This document shows positions 63,621-64,000 of a stretch of DNA of 64,000 bases, piece by piece. The position numbers and the translations under genes are program-made. The DNA is taken from the NCBI GenBank assembly GCA_024704765.1, contig JAKMXF010000315.1, positions 280,396 to 344,395 on the forward strand. Direction: 5' to 3'. Position 1 is the first letter of the stretch. Each line of letters begins with the position of its first letter. Below the pieces are notes generated by a model. The model searched no databases. It saw nothing but the letters and a program-made list of their open reading frames with translations, and had not been told where the DNA came from. Source of the stretch: Oopsacas minuta (lineage: Eukaryota; Animalia; Porifera).

Positions 63621-64000
63621 TAGACAGAGCCAAGAGTTAGTTTTGTTGACCCTAGAAGCACCTGGATTTCATAAGAAGGCCTTAAGTTGATCCATGGCTA
63701 ATTCTCATAGCAGGCTAAGTTTCACTATTTTTTGAGAATGGCATGATTTATGTAGATGTGTTTATGACTTAATATTGTCATATTAATTTTGGTCGTTAAT
63801 CAATAGTCTATGTTATCATTGTGAAACTCAATTTTGTCAGTAAGCATTGCTTTATGTTTTCTTATATTAAATTATATCTTCTAAGATTATCACAGAGCAA
63901 TTTAATAATATCCGCTAAGCCCAAGCATACCTTGTATTTATAGCTTACTTTTTACTTCATTGCATTATATGCAGCTTTCGATTATATTTGTGTTAGCCCA

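Noticed and set aside
1-64000. CRISPR arrays, rRNA genes or prokaryotic operon structure
   Set aside because: The repeats are TE subterminal motifs or microsatellites without regular spacers, and the sequence is a spliced eukaryotic locus.

Overview
AT-rich eukaryotic (probably invertebrate animal) genomic DNA. The window is almost entirely one + strand host gene, a USP5/USP13-family deubiquitinase (isopeptidase T, Ubp14-like). It reconstructs by hand into 5 coding exons, join(1057..1501,17305..17557,32852..33020,42516..43163,58973..59848). That gives 2391 nt (796 aa plus stop) with all GT-AG junctions in phase. The four introns (15803, 15294, 9495 and 15809 nt) make up about 96% of the gene span. 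They are filled with nested, mostly decayed cut-and-paste DNA transposons: mariner DD34D, maT-like DD37D, Tc1, several hAT types, Chapaev3/CMC, Mutator, Transib-like, a THAP relic, MITEs and a Helitron-like repeat family. No convincing reverse transcriptase was recognised. The most notable observations are: (1) a full-length Mutator element with a 9-bp TSD whose FLYWCH-MULE transposase ends in an IAP-type RING (E3 ligase) domain; (2) a 248-bp perfectly identical tract between two otherwise diverged, inverted MITE copies about 33 kb apart; (3) three introns of nearly the same ~15.3-15.8 kb size; (4) several insertions whose empty sites can be rebuilt exactly; (5) a Transib/RAG1-like relic. All family assignments come from motif recognition by eye; no database search was run.
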